NCBI GenBank assembly: GCA_000999715.1
Contig: LCGL01000002.1
Location: 26,136-90,135 of the forward strand
Reading direction: 5' to 3'
DNA from: Candidatus Falkowbacteria bacterium GW2011_GWF2_43_32
GTDB taxonomy: Bacteria > Patescibacteriota > Patescibacteriia > Patescibacteriales > UBA12465
DNA: 64,000 nt
Notes under the pieces: generated by a model
Database searches by the model: none
What the model was told of the DNA's origin: nothing
The model's input: the letters and a program-made list of their open reading frames with translations, nothing else
Translations under genes and position numbers: made by a program
Shown here: positions 52,329 to 62,656 of the stretch, piece after piece
Numbering within the stretch: the first letter of the stretch is position 1
Layout: each line of letters opens with the position of its first letter

Positions 52329-55300
52329 ATGTCTTTTGTCCATCTCCACAATCATAGTCATTATTCTTTGCTTGACGGTTTGACCAAAATCGACGAGATG
52401 GTTAATTACGCCAAAGAGCAGGGATCGCCGGCGATCGCTTTGACCGATCACGGCAATATGTACGGGGCCATAGAATTTTATCAGAAAGCCAAGAAAGCCG
52501 GACTCAAGCCCATCATCGGTGTGGAGGCTTATCTGGCGCCCGGCTCGCGTTTTGACAAAAATACGCGGGAAGACGGTCGAAGCTATCATCTGCTTCTGCT
52601 GGCCAAAAATCTGACCGGTTACAATAATTTGATTAAGCTCGTTTCCGCCGCGCATATTGAAGGTTTTTATTATAAACCGCGAATTGATTGGGAGCTGTTG
52701 ACGGCTCATCATGACGGCTTGATCGCTTTCACGGCTTGTTTGGCGGGCGAAATTCCGCGTTTAATCGTCGCCGACAGACTGCCAGAAGCGGAAAAAAGAA
52801 TTTTGGAATATAACGATTTATTCGGTCAGGATAACTTTTATTTGGAATTGATGGATCATCCGGAATTGGGAGAAGATCAACTTAAAGTGCGGGCGCAATT
52901 GATTGAATTTTCCCGTAAGCTCGGTATCCCTTTGGTGGCGACTAACGATGTCCATTATTTGAATAAAGAAGACGCCGAAGCGCAAGATATTTTGTTGTGT
53001 TTGCAGAACAAGAAAAAACTTGAAGACACCGATCGTTTGAAAATGCTGGGTTGGGGTGATTATTCTTTGCGACCGAATTCGGAAATGATTGCCGCTTTCC
53101 GCGACGTGCCGGAAGCGGTGGCCAATACTTTGAAGATTGCCGACAAATGCGATTTGGAAATTGAATTGGGCAATATTCAATTGCCTTATTTTGAGGTGCC
53201 GGACGGACATGACGGCGATTCTTATTTGCGCGCATGGTGCGAGCGGGGAATTGCCAAGCGTTATCCGCAAATCGGCGCGGTCGAAAGCGAGAAAATCAAA
53301 GAACGTTTAGATTACGAATTGGCGGTTATTGCCAAGATGGGCTGGCCCTCTTATTTTTTGATTGTGGCCGATTTCATCAACTGGGCCAAGGACAATAAAA
53401 TCGTCGTCGGTCCCGGACGGGGCAGTGCCGCCGGCTCTTTGGTTTGTTATCTGACCGGCATTACCAATCTCGATCCTTTGAAATATGATTTGTTGTTTGA
53501 ACGTTTTTTGAATCCCGATCGTATTTCCATGCCGGATATTGATATGGATTTTGCCGATATCCGACGCGGCGAAGTCATCAATTACGTGGAAGAAAAATAC
53601 GGTCAGGATCATGTCGCGCAAATCATCACTTTCGGCACGATGGCGGCGCGGGCCGCGGTGCGCGATGTCGGCCGTGTCTTGAATCAGCCTTATGATTACT
53701 GCGACCGGATTTCCAAAAGTATTCCGATGTTCATGAAATTGAAAGAAGCTCTCAAGGTCGTGCCGGAGTTGCGGGAAATGTACAATAACGAACCGGAAGC
53801 TAAGCGAATTTTGGATTATGCCAAACGTTTGGAAGGGGTGGCCCGTCATGCCTCCACGCATGCCTGCGGCGTTTTGATTACCAAAAATCCGCTGACGGAA
53901 TATGTGCCGATTCAATACGCTTCCTCCGCCGATCGCAGTATCATTTCCCAATATTCGCTTCACCCGATTGAAGATCTCGGTTTGTTGAAAATGGATTTTC
54001 TGGGTTTGAAAAATTTGACGATTATAGAGTCGGCTTTGAAAATCATTAAAAATACGCGCGATTTGGAAATAAATATTGACGATATTCCTTTGGACGACGA
54101 GGCAACTTACAGTTTATTCCAGGCCGGCGAAACGACGGGCGTCTTTCAATTTGAATCGTCCGGCATGAAAAGATATTTGCGCGAACTGAAGCCGACTGTT
54201 TTTGAGGATATTATCGCCATGGTCGCCCTTTATCGTCCCGGACCGATGGAATGGATTCCCGATTATATCGCCGGCAAGCATAAAGTGAAAAAAGTTTCTT
54301 ATTTGCATCCCAAATTGGCGCCGATTTTGGAAAAAACTTACGGGGTGGCCATTTACCAAGAACAAGTGATGCAAATCGCCCGTGATTTGTCCGGTTTTAC
54401 GATGGGGCAGGCCGATATTTTACGCAAAGCGATGGGCAAAAAAATCGCTTCTTTGCTGGCCGAACAGAAAGAAAAGTTTATTGAAGGCGGCGTTAAAAAC
54501 GGCGTGCCCAAAGAGTTGGCGGAAAAAATCTTTTCTTTTATCGAGCCCTTCGCCGGTTACGGGTTTAATCGTTCGCATGCCGCTTGCTACGCTTTGATCG
54601 GTTATCAAACCGCTTATCTGAAAGCGCATTGGCCGGTGGAATTTATGGCCGCTCTGTTGACCTCCGATCAGGGCGATACCGATCGGACGGCGATTGAAAT
54701 AGAAGAATGTCGCAATATGGGTTTGAAAATTATGGCGCCGGATATCAATGAATCTTTCGCCACTTTTACGGTTGTCACCGGTGGCACCAAAGAAAATCGG
54801 GCGGTTGGCGGCAACGAGAAGGTAAATACCATCCGCTTCGGATTGAAAGCCATCAAAAATGTCGGCGAACATATCGTGGAAGAAATCATCCGAGAAAAAA
54901 AACAGGCCGGACCTTATCGGGATATCGTGGATTTGTTGGAGCGGGTGACCGATAAGGATTTGAATAAAAAATCTTTGGAGAGTTTGATTAAAAGCGGCGC
55001 GCTGGATTCTTTCGGCGAGCGCGGCGAATTGTTGGGCAACATGGAACGATTGTTGAATTTCAATAAAGAGTTGGCCAAATTAAAAGACAGCAAACAAGGC
55101 AATTTATTTTCCAATTTACCGACCGCCGCCGCGCCTCGTTTCAGTTTGCATCCCTATCCGGCCGCCGTCCAGAGCGAAAAATTGAATTGGGAAAAAGAAT
55201 TGTTGGGTTTATATATCAGCGAACATCCGATTAACGTTTTTCGTCCCTATTTGGTCGATTACGCTTTGCCTTTGGCGAGTTTAAAAAGTCATCGCGACGA

Positions 55301-55976
55301 TGATCGGGTAATTACGGCCGGCATTATTTCCACTATCAAAAAAATCATTACCAGAAAAGGGGAGTCTATGCTATTTGTTAAGGTTGAAGACGCTTCCAAT
55401 TCCGTGGAATTGTTGATTTTTCCGCGCTTATTGAAAGAAGCGCCGGAGTTGTGGCGGGAAAGGGCGGCGATTATCATTGACGGCAAAGTGTCCGAAAAGG
55501 ATAAAGAAATCAAAGTGTTGGTCAATCGGGCGGCCGCGCTTGATCCGAATTCTCCGCAAAAATCGGTTGATGATTTCAAGAAATTGATTATGGCCGCCGG
55601 GCCGATAAAAACTTTCCGTTATCGTCAGGGAAACGGCGCCGGGAACGAAATAAAAAAAGCTAATGAAATAAAAAAAGTTAATGAGGCGACCGTCGTCAAA
55701 AAAACAATTGTTCCGCCGGTCGCTCCGCCGCTTAAGCCGCGCCCTTCGTCATTGCCGCCTTTGCGCCTTATTTTTGTCAAAAATCCGGGACCGGAAGATC
55801 TTGAAGAATTGCGTCGCTTATTTTCGCTTTACCCCGGCGAGAGTGAAGTTTATTTCAAAATTACGGAAGCCGGAAAAGCGCAAGTGATCAAAACGGCTTT
55901 TCGCGTCGCCGACAGCGAAGAATTGCGCGCCGAACTTAAAAATAAATTTTTGGAAGCGATTAAAATCGCGGAGTAA
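52329..55976 (+). CDS. dnaE: DNA polymerase III alpha subunit
   Basis: 1215 aa with a PHP domain start (FVHLHNHSHYSLLDG), a polymerase core and an OB fold. A ~150-aa C-terminal extension contains a short NEIKK(A/V) repeat. Confidence 0.95.
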   Translation: MSFVHLHNHSHYSLLDGLTKIDEMVNYAKEQGSPAIALTDHGNMYGAIEFYQKAKKAGLKPIIGVEAYLAPGSRFDKNTREDGRSYHLLLLAKNLTGYNNLIKLVSAAHIEGFYYKPRIDWELLTAHHDGLIAFTACLAGEIPRLIVADRLPEAEKRILEYNDLFGQDNFYLELMDHPELGEDQLKVRAQLIEFSRKLGIPLVATNDVHYLNKEDAEAQDILLCLQNKKKLEDTDRLKMLGWGDYSLRPNSEMIAAFRDVPEAVANTLKIADKCDLEIELGNIQLPYFEVPDGHDGDSYLRAWCERGIAKRYPQIGAVESEKIKERLDYELAVIAKMGWPSYFLIVADFINWAKDNKIVVGPGRGSAAGSLVCYLTGITNLDPLKYDLLFERFLNPDRISMPDIDMDFADIRRGEVINYVEEKYGQDHVAQIITFGTMAARAAVRDVGRVLNQPYDYCDRISKSIPMFMKLKEALKVVPELREMYNNEPEAKRILDYAKRLEGVARHASTHACGVLITKNPLTEYVPIQYASSADRSIISQYSLHPIEDLGLLKMDFLGLKNLTIIESALKIIKNTRDLEINIDDIPLDDEATYSLFQAGETTGVFQFESSGMKRYLRELKPTVFEDIIAMVALYRPGPMEWIPDYIAGKHKVKKVSYLHPKLAPILEKTYGVAIYQEQVMQIARDLSGFTMGQADILRKAMGKKIASLLAEQKEKFIEGGVKNGVPKELAEKIFSFIEPFAGYGFNRSHAACYALIGYQTAYLKAHWPVEFMAALLTSDQGDTDRTAIEIEECRNMGLKIMAPDINESFATFTVVTGGTKENRAVGGNEKVNTIRFGLKAIKNVGEHIVEEIIREKKQAGPYRDIVDLLERVTDKDLNKKSLESLIKSGALDSFGERGELLGNMERLLNFNKELAKLKDSKQGNLFSNLPTAAAPRFSLHPYPAAVQSEKLNWEKELLGLYISEHPINVFRPYLVDYALPLASLKSHRDDDRVITAGIISTIKKIITRKGESMLFVKVEDASNSVELLIFPRLLKEAPELWRERAAIIIDGKVSEKDKEIKVLVNRAAALDPNSPQKSVDDFKKLIMAAGPIKTFRYRQGNGAGNEIKKANEIKKVNEATVVKKTIVPPVAPPLKPRPSSLPPLRLIFVKNPGPEDLEELRRLFSLYPGESEVYFKITEAGKAQVIKTAFRVADSEELRAELKNKFLEAIKIAE

Positions 55977-55993
55977 TCCGATCGTCACCTTTT

Positions 55994-56299
55994 ATGGTCA
56001 ATCTTAATTCGTCACGTAAATTTCAACGCCGCCGGGAGAATTTCATCTGTCGGAATTGCGGCGCGTCCGTGCAGGGAAACGGTTATACCAATCATTGTCC
56101 GGTTTGTCTGTGGAGTCGGCATGTGGATATTAATCCCGGTGATCGTCGGGCCGCTTGCCGGGGAATGATGGAACCGATCGGGGCGGAAATAAAAGCGCAA
56201 AAATATATCATTATTCATCGTTGCCGGCAGTGCGGTCACGAGAAAAAAAATAAAGTCGCGGAAAATGACAATCCGGCAGTCCTCTCGTCTCTGTTTTAG
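55994..56299 (+). CDS. RNHCP domain-containing zinc-ribbon protein
   Basis: 101 aa with CRNCG...GYTNHCPVCLWSRHVD...CRQCGHE, the signature of the RNHCP domain. Confidence 0.7.
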   Translation: MVNLNSSRKFQRRRENFICRNCGASVQGNGYTNHCPVCLWSRHVDINPGDRRAACRGMMEPIGAEIKAQKYIIIHRCRQCGHEKKNKVAENDNPAVLSSLF

Positions 56300-56388
56300 A
56301 TTGTCGTCGTTAAAAAAATATGTTATACTGGAGCTAGTTATCGGTATTGGCTTTTTTATATTTTTTTAAATTTTTTTTATTTTTCTTT

Positions 56389-57783
56389 ATGCCCAGAACC
56401 ATCGTCAAGAAAAAATCCGTTTCTCGGACAACTCGTCCTAAAAAGAGAACCAAGGCCGTTTTGGTGGACGTGATTGAAGACGAGCCGATTAAAAAAACCT
56501 CTTTGCGGACTCGCGCCGACGAGATGCCTTGGGAAAAGGCGGATCGAGGACCGGCGCCGGAAGAATTGGATCAGCAAAAGAAATTTTTTTCCGATTTGGC
56601 CTCCGAAAAAAAAGACAAAAAGAACGCCGCCGCGCCGGCCGCTTCCCGAACCAATCATCGTCTCGGACTTTATCGCCGTTTCGTGTGGAAATTTGTAATT
56701 ATCGTGGCGATATTGGCGTCGATCGTCGCTTATTTTTCTTTTTCCAGATTGGTCATCGTTCTTGATCTCAAAGGTGAAACAATCAATGACAGTTTATTGT
56801 TGAAAGTGTCCGGCGACGAGGCGGTCAACGATGAAACCATCCTTGATCCTCGCGAAGCCGTCGGCGGAATCATCAAAAAAATTGATGCCGCCGCGGAAAA
56901 AAATTATCTTTCCGGCGGCGAGGAGTTTGTCGGCGAAGAAATTGTCGGCCGAGTGAGAATTATCAATAATTATACCCGCAATCAGCCCTTGGTAGCGACC
57001 ACGCGCCTTTTGAGTCCGGACAATAAATTGTTTCGCATCAAAAATGCGGTTGACGTGCCGGCCGGCGGAGAAGAGTTCGTAGACATTTATGTGGAGAAAC
57101 CGACAGCCGATTTGGCCATCGGTCCGACCACTTTTACCATTCCCGGATTATGGTTGGGCTTGCAGGATAAAATTTATGCCAAAAGCGACGTCGCTTTCAC
57201 CTTTCGGCAAAAAGTGCAGAAATACGTGAAGCCCAGTGATTTGGAACGAGCCACGCAAGATATCAATGAAGTATTGTTGTCTCTGGTGCGGGAAAAATCC
57301 GGGGCGGCTTTTTCTAAAAACGACGGCTGGTTATATAGCGTCAGCAAACCGGCTACCGTAGCGATTAACGCCAAAGCGGGGGAGCAAAAAGCCGAATTTC
57401 AAGCAAAAGCTTCCGGCACGATGATTGCCGTGTCCTTTTCCCGCGAGCAAGCCGCTCGCCTGGCGACCGCCAAACTTAATCTGCTGATTCCCGATGACAA
57501 AGAATTAACGGAATTCAAACCGGAAAATATCGTTTATAGTTTGGAAAGTTATGATGCGGAGACCGATACGGCGACCCTTAAAGCCTCTTTTACCGGCACA
57601 ATGATTCTCAAAAGCGATGTGGAAATCGTCAATCGGCGCCAATTGGTCAATTTGACGGCGGATCAAATCAGCAATTATTTGCGGAGTAAGCCGGAAGTTA
57701 GGGATTATGAATTGAAATTCTATCCATCGTTTATCAGAAAAGCGCCCAGTTTGGTGGATCGTATCAGCATTAAAATCAATTAA
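56389..57783 (+). CDS. membrane-anchored hypothetical protein
   Basis: The ATG at 56389 is preferred over the TTG-type ORF-track start at 56347. A basic N-terminus is followed by one TM helix (FVWKFVIIVAILASIVAYFSF) and a large extracytoplasmic domain. Confidence 0.5.
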   Translation: MPRTIVKKKSVSRTTRPKKRTKAVLVDVIEDEPIKKTSLRTRADEMPWEKADRGPAPEELDQQKKFFSDLASEKKDKKNAAAPAASRTNHRLGLYRRFVWKFVIIVAILASIVAYFSFSRLVIVLDLKGETINDSLLLKVSGDEAVNDETILDPREAVGGIIKKIDAAAEKNYLSGGEEFVGEEIVGRVRIINNYTRNQPLVATTRLLSPDNKLFRIKNAVDVPAGGEEFVDIYVEKPTADLAIGPTTFTIPGLWLGLQDKIYAKSDVAFTFRQKVQKYVKPSDLERATQDINEVLLSLVREKSGAAFSKNDGWLYSVSKPATVAINAKAGEQKAEFQAKASGTMIAVSFSREQAARLATAKLNLLIPDDKELTEFKPENIVYSLESYDAETDTATLKASFTGTMILKSDVEIVNRRQLVNLTADQISNYLRSKPEVRDYELKFYPSFIRKAPSLVDRISIKIN

Positions 57784-57808
57784 ACCCGATTAAATAAAAT
57801 GAATTAAT

Positions 57809-57836
57809 AAAAAATAGGCGATTAGCCTATTTTTTG
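57809..57836. terminator. bidirectional rho-independent terminator
   Basis: AAAAAATAGGC gatta GCCTATTTTTT lies between convergent genes. Confidence 0.7.
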
Positions 57837-57876
57837 GTTTCTATCGACGAATGATTCAAATTTTATTGATTTGATT

Positions 57877-58824
57877 TTAGAATAAGCCCAGAAATTTGCC
57901 GGCGGATTTACGAAGAGGTTTTTTCTTGTGATTATATATTTTCAGCGCTTCGGCCGCGCTTTGATCGTGAAAAATGACGGCGCTCAAGGCGTCACTCAGT
58001 TGTCGGGCTTCCGTCAAAGATCGTTGATGCAGATTGCGACCGATGGCCAGTCCGGCGGTACCGGAAATTTTGATTTGTTTGGCCAGTTCTTCCAGAAAAG
58101 TTTTAATCGGTTTTTTTGAACCGCCGACACAGATGATTTTTGTCCGTCCGGCCGCCGCGGTCACTTCTTGAAATTGTTGAGCCACGTTTTTGTTTTTGGA
58201 ATCGTAAGGATATTTGAGTTTGACGAAGTCGGCGTCCAGACTGGCCGCTACGCCCGCGGCGCCGGCAATGGTATGAACATCCTCTTCTTTGACATTTTTA
58301 CCGCGCGGATATATCCAGAGCACTGCCGTCAAACCGGCTTGATGCGCGTCGTAAACCGCTTTGGCCGCCGTGGCCAGCATTTCGGCTTCATAGCGGCCGC
58401 CCAAATAAATCGTATAACCGATGCCCACGATCGACAGGCCGCTTTGTTTTTTGAATTTGACGATATCTTCAACTGTCCACCATAGACGGCTGGAATTTTT
58501 ATCCTCGGCGCCCAGATTGGTTTTGCCGTTGATTTTTATCACATAGGGCACGCGGGGATAATCGCGACCGTAACGCGCCGCCAGACCCAAATGGACGGCC
58601 AAAGCGCCGCCGGACGAGTGAGCGGCTATCTTGAATAAATGTTCCGGATTATTGTCTTCCGGAGTGATACCCGCACCGAAAAAATCGTCGTTAAGATGTT
58701 CCACTTTTTGATCGCCGGCAATCAACAGCAATCGGCCGCGCCGATTGGTGAGAGCGAAGTAATTCTTCCGATATTCATCGCGACGCGAGCCCGGGACACT
58801 GGCGGGAATTTTGAAATTCGTCAT
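57877..58824 (-). CDS. class I fructose-bisphosphate aldolase (archaeal-type FbaB/DhnA, DeoC/LacD family)
   Basis: 315 aa with LLLIAGDQKVEH...VIKINGKTNL...DFVKLKYP, typical of class IA aldolases. Confidence 0.75.
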   Translation of the reverse strand: MTNFKIPASVPGSRRDEYRKNYFALTNRRGRLLLIAGDQKVEHLNDDFFGAGITPEDNNPEHLFKIAAHSSGGALAVHLGLAARYGRDYPRVPYVIKINGKTNLGAEDKNSSRLWWTVEDIVKFKKQSGLSIVGIGYTIYLGGRYEAEMLATAAKAVYDAHQAGLTAVLWIYPRGKNVKEEDVHTIAGAAGVAASLDADFVKLKYPYDSKNKNVAQQFQEVTAAAGRTKIICVGGSKKPIKTFLEELAKQIKISGTAGLAIGRNLHQRSLTEARQLSDALSAVIFHDQSAAEALKIYNHKKKPLRKSAGKFLGLF

Positions 58825-58903
58825 AGCGTTCGTTTATTTATAAATTTTAAATAATATGTTATGCTTAAAATATAAAGAGGCTTAGAGATATTATATCACA
58901 AAT

Positions 58904-59803
58904 ATGTCCAAAGATAAAAATCTTGATAAAGATATTGATTTAAAAAGATACCGCGACTCCGGCGGCATCAGTTTAAGCAGTTTGAATCTGGGCTTATGGT
59001 TGGCGGAAAATCGGCGCAAGCTGATCAGGACCTTGATCGTTTTTTTGATTGCCGTGTCCGCTTTCTTTTTTATTTATTCCTCTTATCATTACATCGTTTA
59101 TTTTCTGACCGACGATCTCAGCCAACAATTGGACAGCAACAATCTTTTGCTTTCTCCCCGTAAAGTGACGACCGATTTGGAGTTGGGCGCGCCTTTGGTG
59201 TTCTCGAGCAACGGTGCTTATGATTTGGCCGTTAAACTCAAAAATCCCAATGATAAATTCATGGCCACTTTCAATTATTGTTTTCGGCAAGCGGAAACGG
59301 ATATTGCTTGTGCTGCCGGTTTTATTTTGCCGGGAGAGGAAAAGTATATTTTGGCTTTGGGTCGGGAATTGATCGACAGTCAGGCAGGCGTTTCCTTGGA
59401 AATCACCGACTTCTTTTGGCGGCGCATCAATGTTCATAATATTCCCGATTGGCAGAAATTTTTTGCCGAACGATTGGGGTTTGTAGTTTCCGGTCTTAAA
59501 TTTACGCCGGCGCCGACAAGCGGCGACGCGGCTAAAGTCGCCTTGAATACTTTGGAATTTTCCGTGCGAAACGCCACTTCTTATGCTTACTATGAAGTGC
59601 CTTTGCGGATTGAATTTTATAACGATCAGGAATTGCGCGGTGTCAATCGTTATTTGTTGGCGGATTTCTTGAGCGGCGAAGAACGCGCCGTCAAGATCAG
59701 TTGGCCCGGGGATTTGCGCGGCGTCAACCGCACGGAGATTAAGCCGGATGTTAACATCATCGACGAAACGGTCTACTTGAAATATCAGGGCACCAAGCAA
59801 TAA
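58904..59803 (+). CDS. membrane-anchored hypothetical protein
   Basis: 299 aa with one TM helix (LIRTLIVFLIAVSAFFFIY). It was chosen over the fully overlapping antisense ORF 58994-59800 because of the TM/ectodomain architecture and the 3-nt gap to the SEDS gene. Confidence 0.5.
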   Translation: MSKDKNLDKDIDLKRYRDSGGISLSSLNLGLWLAENRRKLIRTLIVFLIAVSAFFFIYSSYHYIVYFLTDDLSQQLDSNNLLLSPRKVTTDLELGAPLVFSSNGAYDLAVKLKNPNDKFMATFNYCFRQAETDIACAAGFILPGEEKYILALGRELIDSQAGVSLEITDFFWRRINVHNIPDWQKFFAERLGFVVSGLKFTPAPTSGDAAKVALNTLEFSVRNATSYAYYEVPLRIEFYNDQELRGVNRYLLADFLSGEERAVKISWPGDLRGVNRTEIKPDVNIIDETVYLKYQGTKQ

Positions 59804-59806
59804 ATT

Positions 59807-60913
59807 ATGTTCAATCGGTTTAAAATCTATTTAAAAAATTTCGATTGGATTATTTTTGCCGCCGTGCTCTTGCTGGTCACCTTCGGATTGGTGGAAATTT
59901 ACAGCGTCGCCTTGGGCAGGGGAAATCTGGAGCCTTTGAATTTTCAAAAACAGATTATTTTCGCCGGCACGGGGTTTTTGCTTCTGTTCGCGTTCGCTTT
60001 TATAGATTCTTATTTCTTAAAAAGTTTGAGCCGCTATTGGTATGGTTTGGCCTTGTTGGTTTTGGCGGCGGTGTTGATTTTCGGTTCAACCATCCGCGGC
60101 ACCAAGGGCTGGTTCAGTCTCTCCGGCTTCAGTTTACAGCCGGTGGAATTCGTGAAGATTATTTTGATTTTGTTTTTGGCCGACTATTTTTCCCGTCTGG
60201 CGGTTAAGGTCAAGACAGCCCGTCATTTTTTGATTTCCGGATTGTTTACTTTAATCTTGATAGCCCTGGTTCTGCTCCAGCCGGATTTTGGATCGGCCTT
60301 GATTTTGGGAGCGATTTGGCTGATGATGTCTTTGGCGGCCGGTTTCAAAAGAAAATATTTTGTGATGGTGGCGGCAGTAGCTCTTATTTTATTGATTGTC
60401 GCTTGGTTTTTCTTGTTTAAAACTTATCAAAAAGAAAGAATCATCAATTTTTTGCAACCGCAAACGAATTCCTTGGAGTCCGGCTATCACGTTTCGCAAG
60501 CGATGATTGCCGTCGGTTCCGGCGGCTTGACCGGCAAGGGCGTCGGTTTCGGCTCGCAGTCTCAATTGAAATTTCTGCCGGAGGCGCAAAATGATTTCAT
60601 TTTTGCGGTTATCGCCGAGGAATTGGGATTTTTGGGCGTCATCTTGATTTTGGGCTTTTATTCCATCTTTTTTACCCGTTGTTTTCTGGTTTTAAGGAAA
60701 ATCAACAATGATTTCGGGATTTATTTCCTGATTGGCGCCGGCGGCTTGATTTTTATTCAAATCTTTATTAATATTGGTATGAACCTGGGGATTATGCCGA
60801 TTGTCGGTTTGTCCCTGCCGTATGTCAGTTATGGCGGCAGTTCCTTGATATCCTTGTTGGTTCTGACGGGAATCATGGAGAATATCATTATTAAATCAAA
60901 AATTAGTTATTAA
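59807..60913 (+). CDS. SEDS-family peptidoglycan glycosyltransferase (FtsW/RodA)
   Basis: 368 aa with 10 TM helices and QPVEFVKI, PDFGSALI and LPEAQNDFIFAVIAEELG motifs. Confidence 0.9.
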   Translation: MFNRFKIYLKNFDWIIFAAVLLLVTFGLVEIYSVALGRGNLEPLNFQKQIIFAGTGFLLLFAFAFIDSYFLKSLSRYWYGLALLVLAAVLIFGSTIRGTKGWFSLSGFSLQPVEFVKIILILFLADYFSRLAVKVKTARHFLISGLFTLILIALVLLQPDFGSALILGAIWLMMSLAAGFKRKYFVMVAAVALILLIVAWFFLFKTYQKERIINFLQPQTNSLESGYHVSQAMIAVGSGGLTGKGVGFGSQSQLKFLPEAQNDFIFAVIAEELGFLGVILILGFYSIFFTRCFLVLRKINNDFGIYFLIGAGGLIFIQIFINIGMNLGIMPIVGLSLPYVSYGGSSLISLLVLTGIMENIIIKSKISY

Positions 60914-60924
60914 TATCAAAAGGT

Positions 60925-61590
60925 ATGGAATTAAAATTATCAGCTGAAATGCGGATCAAGCAAGAAAAGTTGAGCAAAGACTTTATCTCCGCCATTTTAT
61001 ACGGCAAAGGCTTGGAAAGCAAAATGTTGAAAGTCAATAAGATTGAATTCGACAAGGTTTTTAAAGAGGCCGGTGAATCTAACTTGATTGACTTGAATAC
61101 CGGTGACGGGATCATCAAGGTTTTGGTCAAAGACATTCAACGCGATGTTTTGAAAAATTTTGTCACGCACATTGATTTTTATCAGGTTAACATGAAAGAA
61201 AAGATCACCACCGAAATTCCTTTGCATTTCGTGGGCGAATCCAAGGCTGTCAAAGAATTGGGCGGAGCCTTGATTAAAGATATCAGCGCTTTGGAAGTGG
61301 AATGTTTGCCGGGAGATTTGGTTGACCACATTGACGTCGATATTTCCGTGTTGAACACTTTTGACGACGCGATCAGAATTAACGACATCAATTTGCCGGC
61401 CGGCTTGACTCTCTTGCTCCATACCAATGAAATGGTGGCGGCGGTCAAAGAACCGAAAGTGGAAGCGGAACCGGTAGCGGAAGCGGCGGCGGAAGGAGCC
61501 GCGTCGAGCGCGGAAGCGACGGAAGCGGGCGCTGAAGCCAAGGGAGAAGATAAGGGCGAAGCCAAAAAAGACGGCGGCGACAAGAAATAA
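60925..61590 (+). CDS. rplY: 50S ribosomal protein L25 (Ctc form) with Ala/Glu/Lys-rich tail
   Basis: 221 aa with ISAILYGKG...VKDIQRDVLKNFVTHIDFYQV, typical of L25/Ctc. Confidence 0.85.
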   Translation: MELKLSAEMRIKQEKLSKDFISAILYGKGLESKMLKVNKIEFDKVFKEAGESNLIDLNTGDGIIKVLVKDIQRDVLKNFVTHIDFYQVNMKEKITTEIPLHFVGESKAVKELGGALIKDISALEVECLPGDLVDHIDVDISVLNTFDDAIRINDINLPAGLTLLLHTNEMVAAVKEPKVEAEPVAEAAAEGAASSAEATEAGAEAKGEDKGEAKKDGGDKK

Positions 61591-61630
61591 AATTATAGTT
61601 TATAGTTTAAGCGATAAATTGGCGATACTA

Positions 61631-61660
61631 AAAACTCCGGTTTCAACCGGAGTTTTTTTT
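61631..61660. terminator. bidirectional rho-independent terminator overlapping the last codons of prmC
   Basis: AAAAACTCCGG tttcaa CCGGAGTTTTTTTT. The prmC stop (61643-61645) lies in the loop. Confidence 0.75.
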
Positions 61661-62653
61661 GATGACGAGGAGACGATTTTTCTGCGCCAGATCTTTTTTC
61701 AGTTCTTGTTCGGCCGCGGGAAAATATTTTTTGGCCAGCGCGCGAATTTTTTTAGTTTGACCGGGGTCTATTTCGCATAAGACGGTATAAGCGATTTTGC
61801 TTAGGTCATAAGCGTTCAGCTGGCGAAACAGTTTTTCGTAACTGCGCAAGCCGTCTCGGCCTCCGTTTAAAGCCAGACGCGGTTCGCGGCGGATACTCGG
61901 AGAGTTTTTGATCTGCGCCGGCGTCAAATAGGGAAGATTGGCGCTGATAAGCAGGCGGCCGGCCGAGTCGTTTTTATCGTTGTCGGCTAAGTATTTTTTA
62001 AGTGTCGGTCGGAACGGGGCCAACAAATCGCCGCGATAAAATTTTATTTTGTCGGCCAGACGATGTCTGCGGGCGTTTTGAGCGGCGATTTTTAGAGCTG
62101 TCGGAGAAATGTCCGTCGCCCCGAAGACGCTTGTTTTGTAAACGGCGGGGAAGAGTCGCTTTAATTCTTGCGCCGCGGCGATAATAATTGCGCCGGAACC
62201 GGTGCCGATATCCACGATTATCAACCGTTTTCGACCTGGCCGAGTGCCGCTCGGTTTCTTTTGTTTTTCGGTTAACGCCACGTCGGCCAGAATTTCATCC
62301 ACTATCATCTCCGTTTCCGGACGCGGCACCAAAACGGCCGGGTCGACTCGGAAGTTTAAATTATAAAATTCCTTATTTCCGACGAGATAGGCAATCGGCC
62401 AAGCGGCCAAGCGCTTTTTCTCCAGAGCGCGAAATTTTTTGTAGAGAGAGCGGCTAAAAGCCGTTTCCGGATGAGTCAATAAAAATTCCCGGCTTTGGCC
62501 GGAGAGAAAGGCGAGCAAAATTTCAGTTTCCGGGCGCGGCAGGGCAGAGGAATGTAAAATCCGGGTTAAATCAAGCGACTGATGTGCCGAATTTGGCTGA
62601 CCCGGTGTATTTGTAGGGCGATATGTCGGCATTATTTTGTAATATTTTGGCAC
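61643..62653 (-). CDS. prmC: release-factor glutamine N5-methyltransferase PrmC (HemK)
   Basis: 336 aa with the SAM motif VDIGTGSGAIII and a catalytic tetrapeptide that reads NLPY instead of NPPY. It lies 3 nt downstream of prfA. Confidence 0.85.
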   Translation of the reverse strand: MPKYYKIMPTYRPTNTPGQPNSAHQSLDLTRILHSSALPRPETEILLAFLSGQSREFLLTHPETAFSRSLYKKFRALEKKRLAAWPIAYLVGNKEFYNLNFRVDPAVLVPRPETEMIVDEILADVALTEKQKKPSGTRPGRKRLIIVDIGTGSGAIIIAAAQELKRLFPAVYKTSVFGATDISPTALKIAAQNARRHRLADKIKFYRGDLLAPFRPTLKKYLADNDKNDSAGRLLISANLPYLTPAQIKNSPSIRREPRLALNGGRDGLRSYEKLFRQLNAYDLSKIAYTVLCEIDPGQTKKIRALAKKYFPAAEQELKKDLAQKNRLLVIKKNSG

Positions 62654-62656
62654 TTT

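Noticed and set aside
58994-59800. 268-aa ORF antisense to 58904-59803
   Set aside because: Both frames are open, but only the + strand product has a sensible architecture: a basic N-terminus, one TM helix and an ectodomain. It also sits 3 nt upstream of the co-directional SEDS gene. The minus-strand product is Arg/Gln/Ile-rich with no features.
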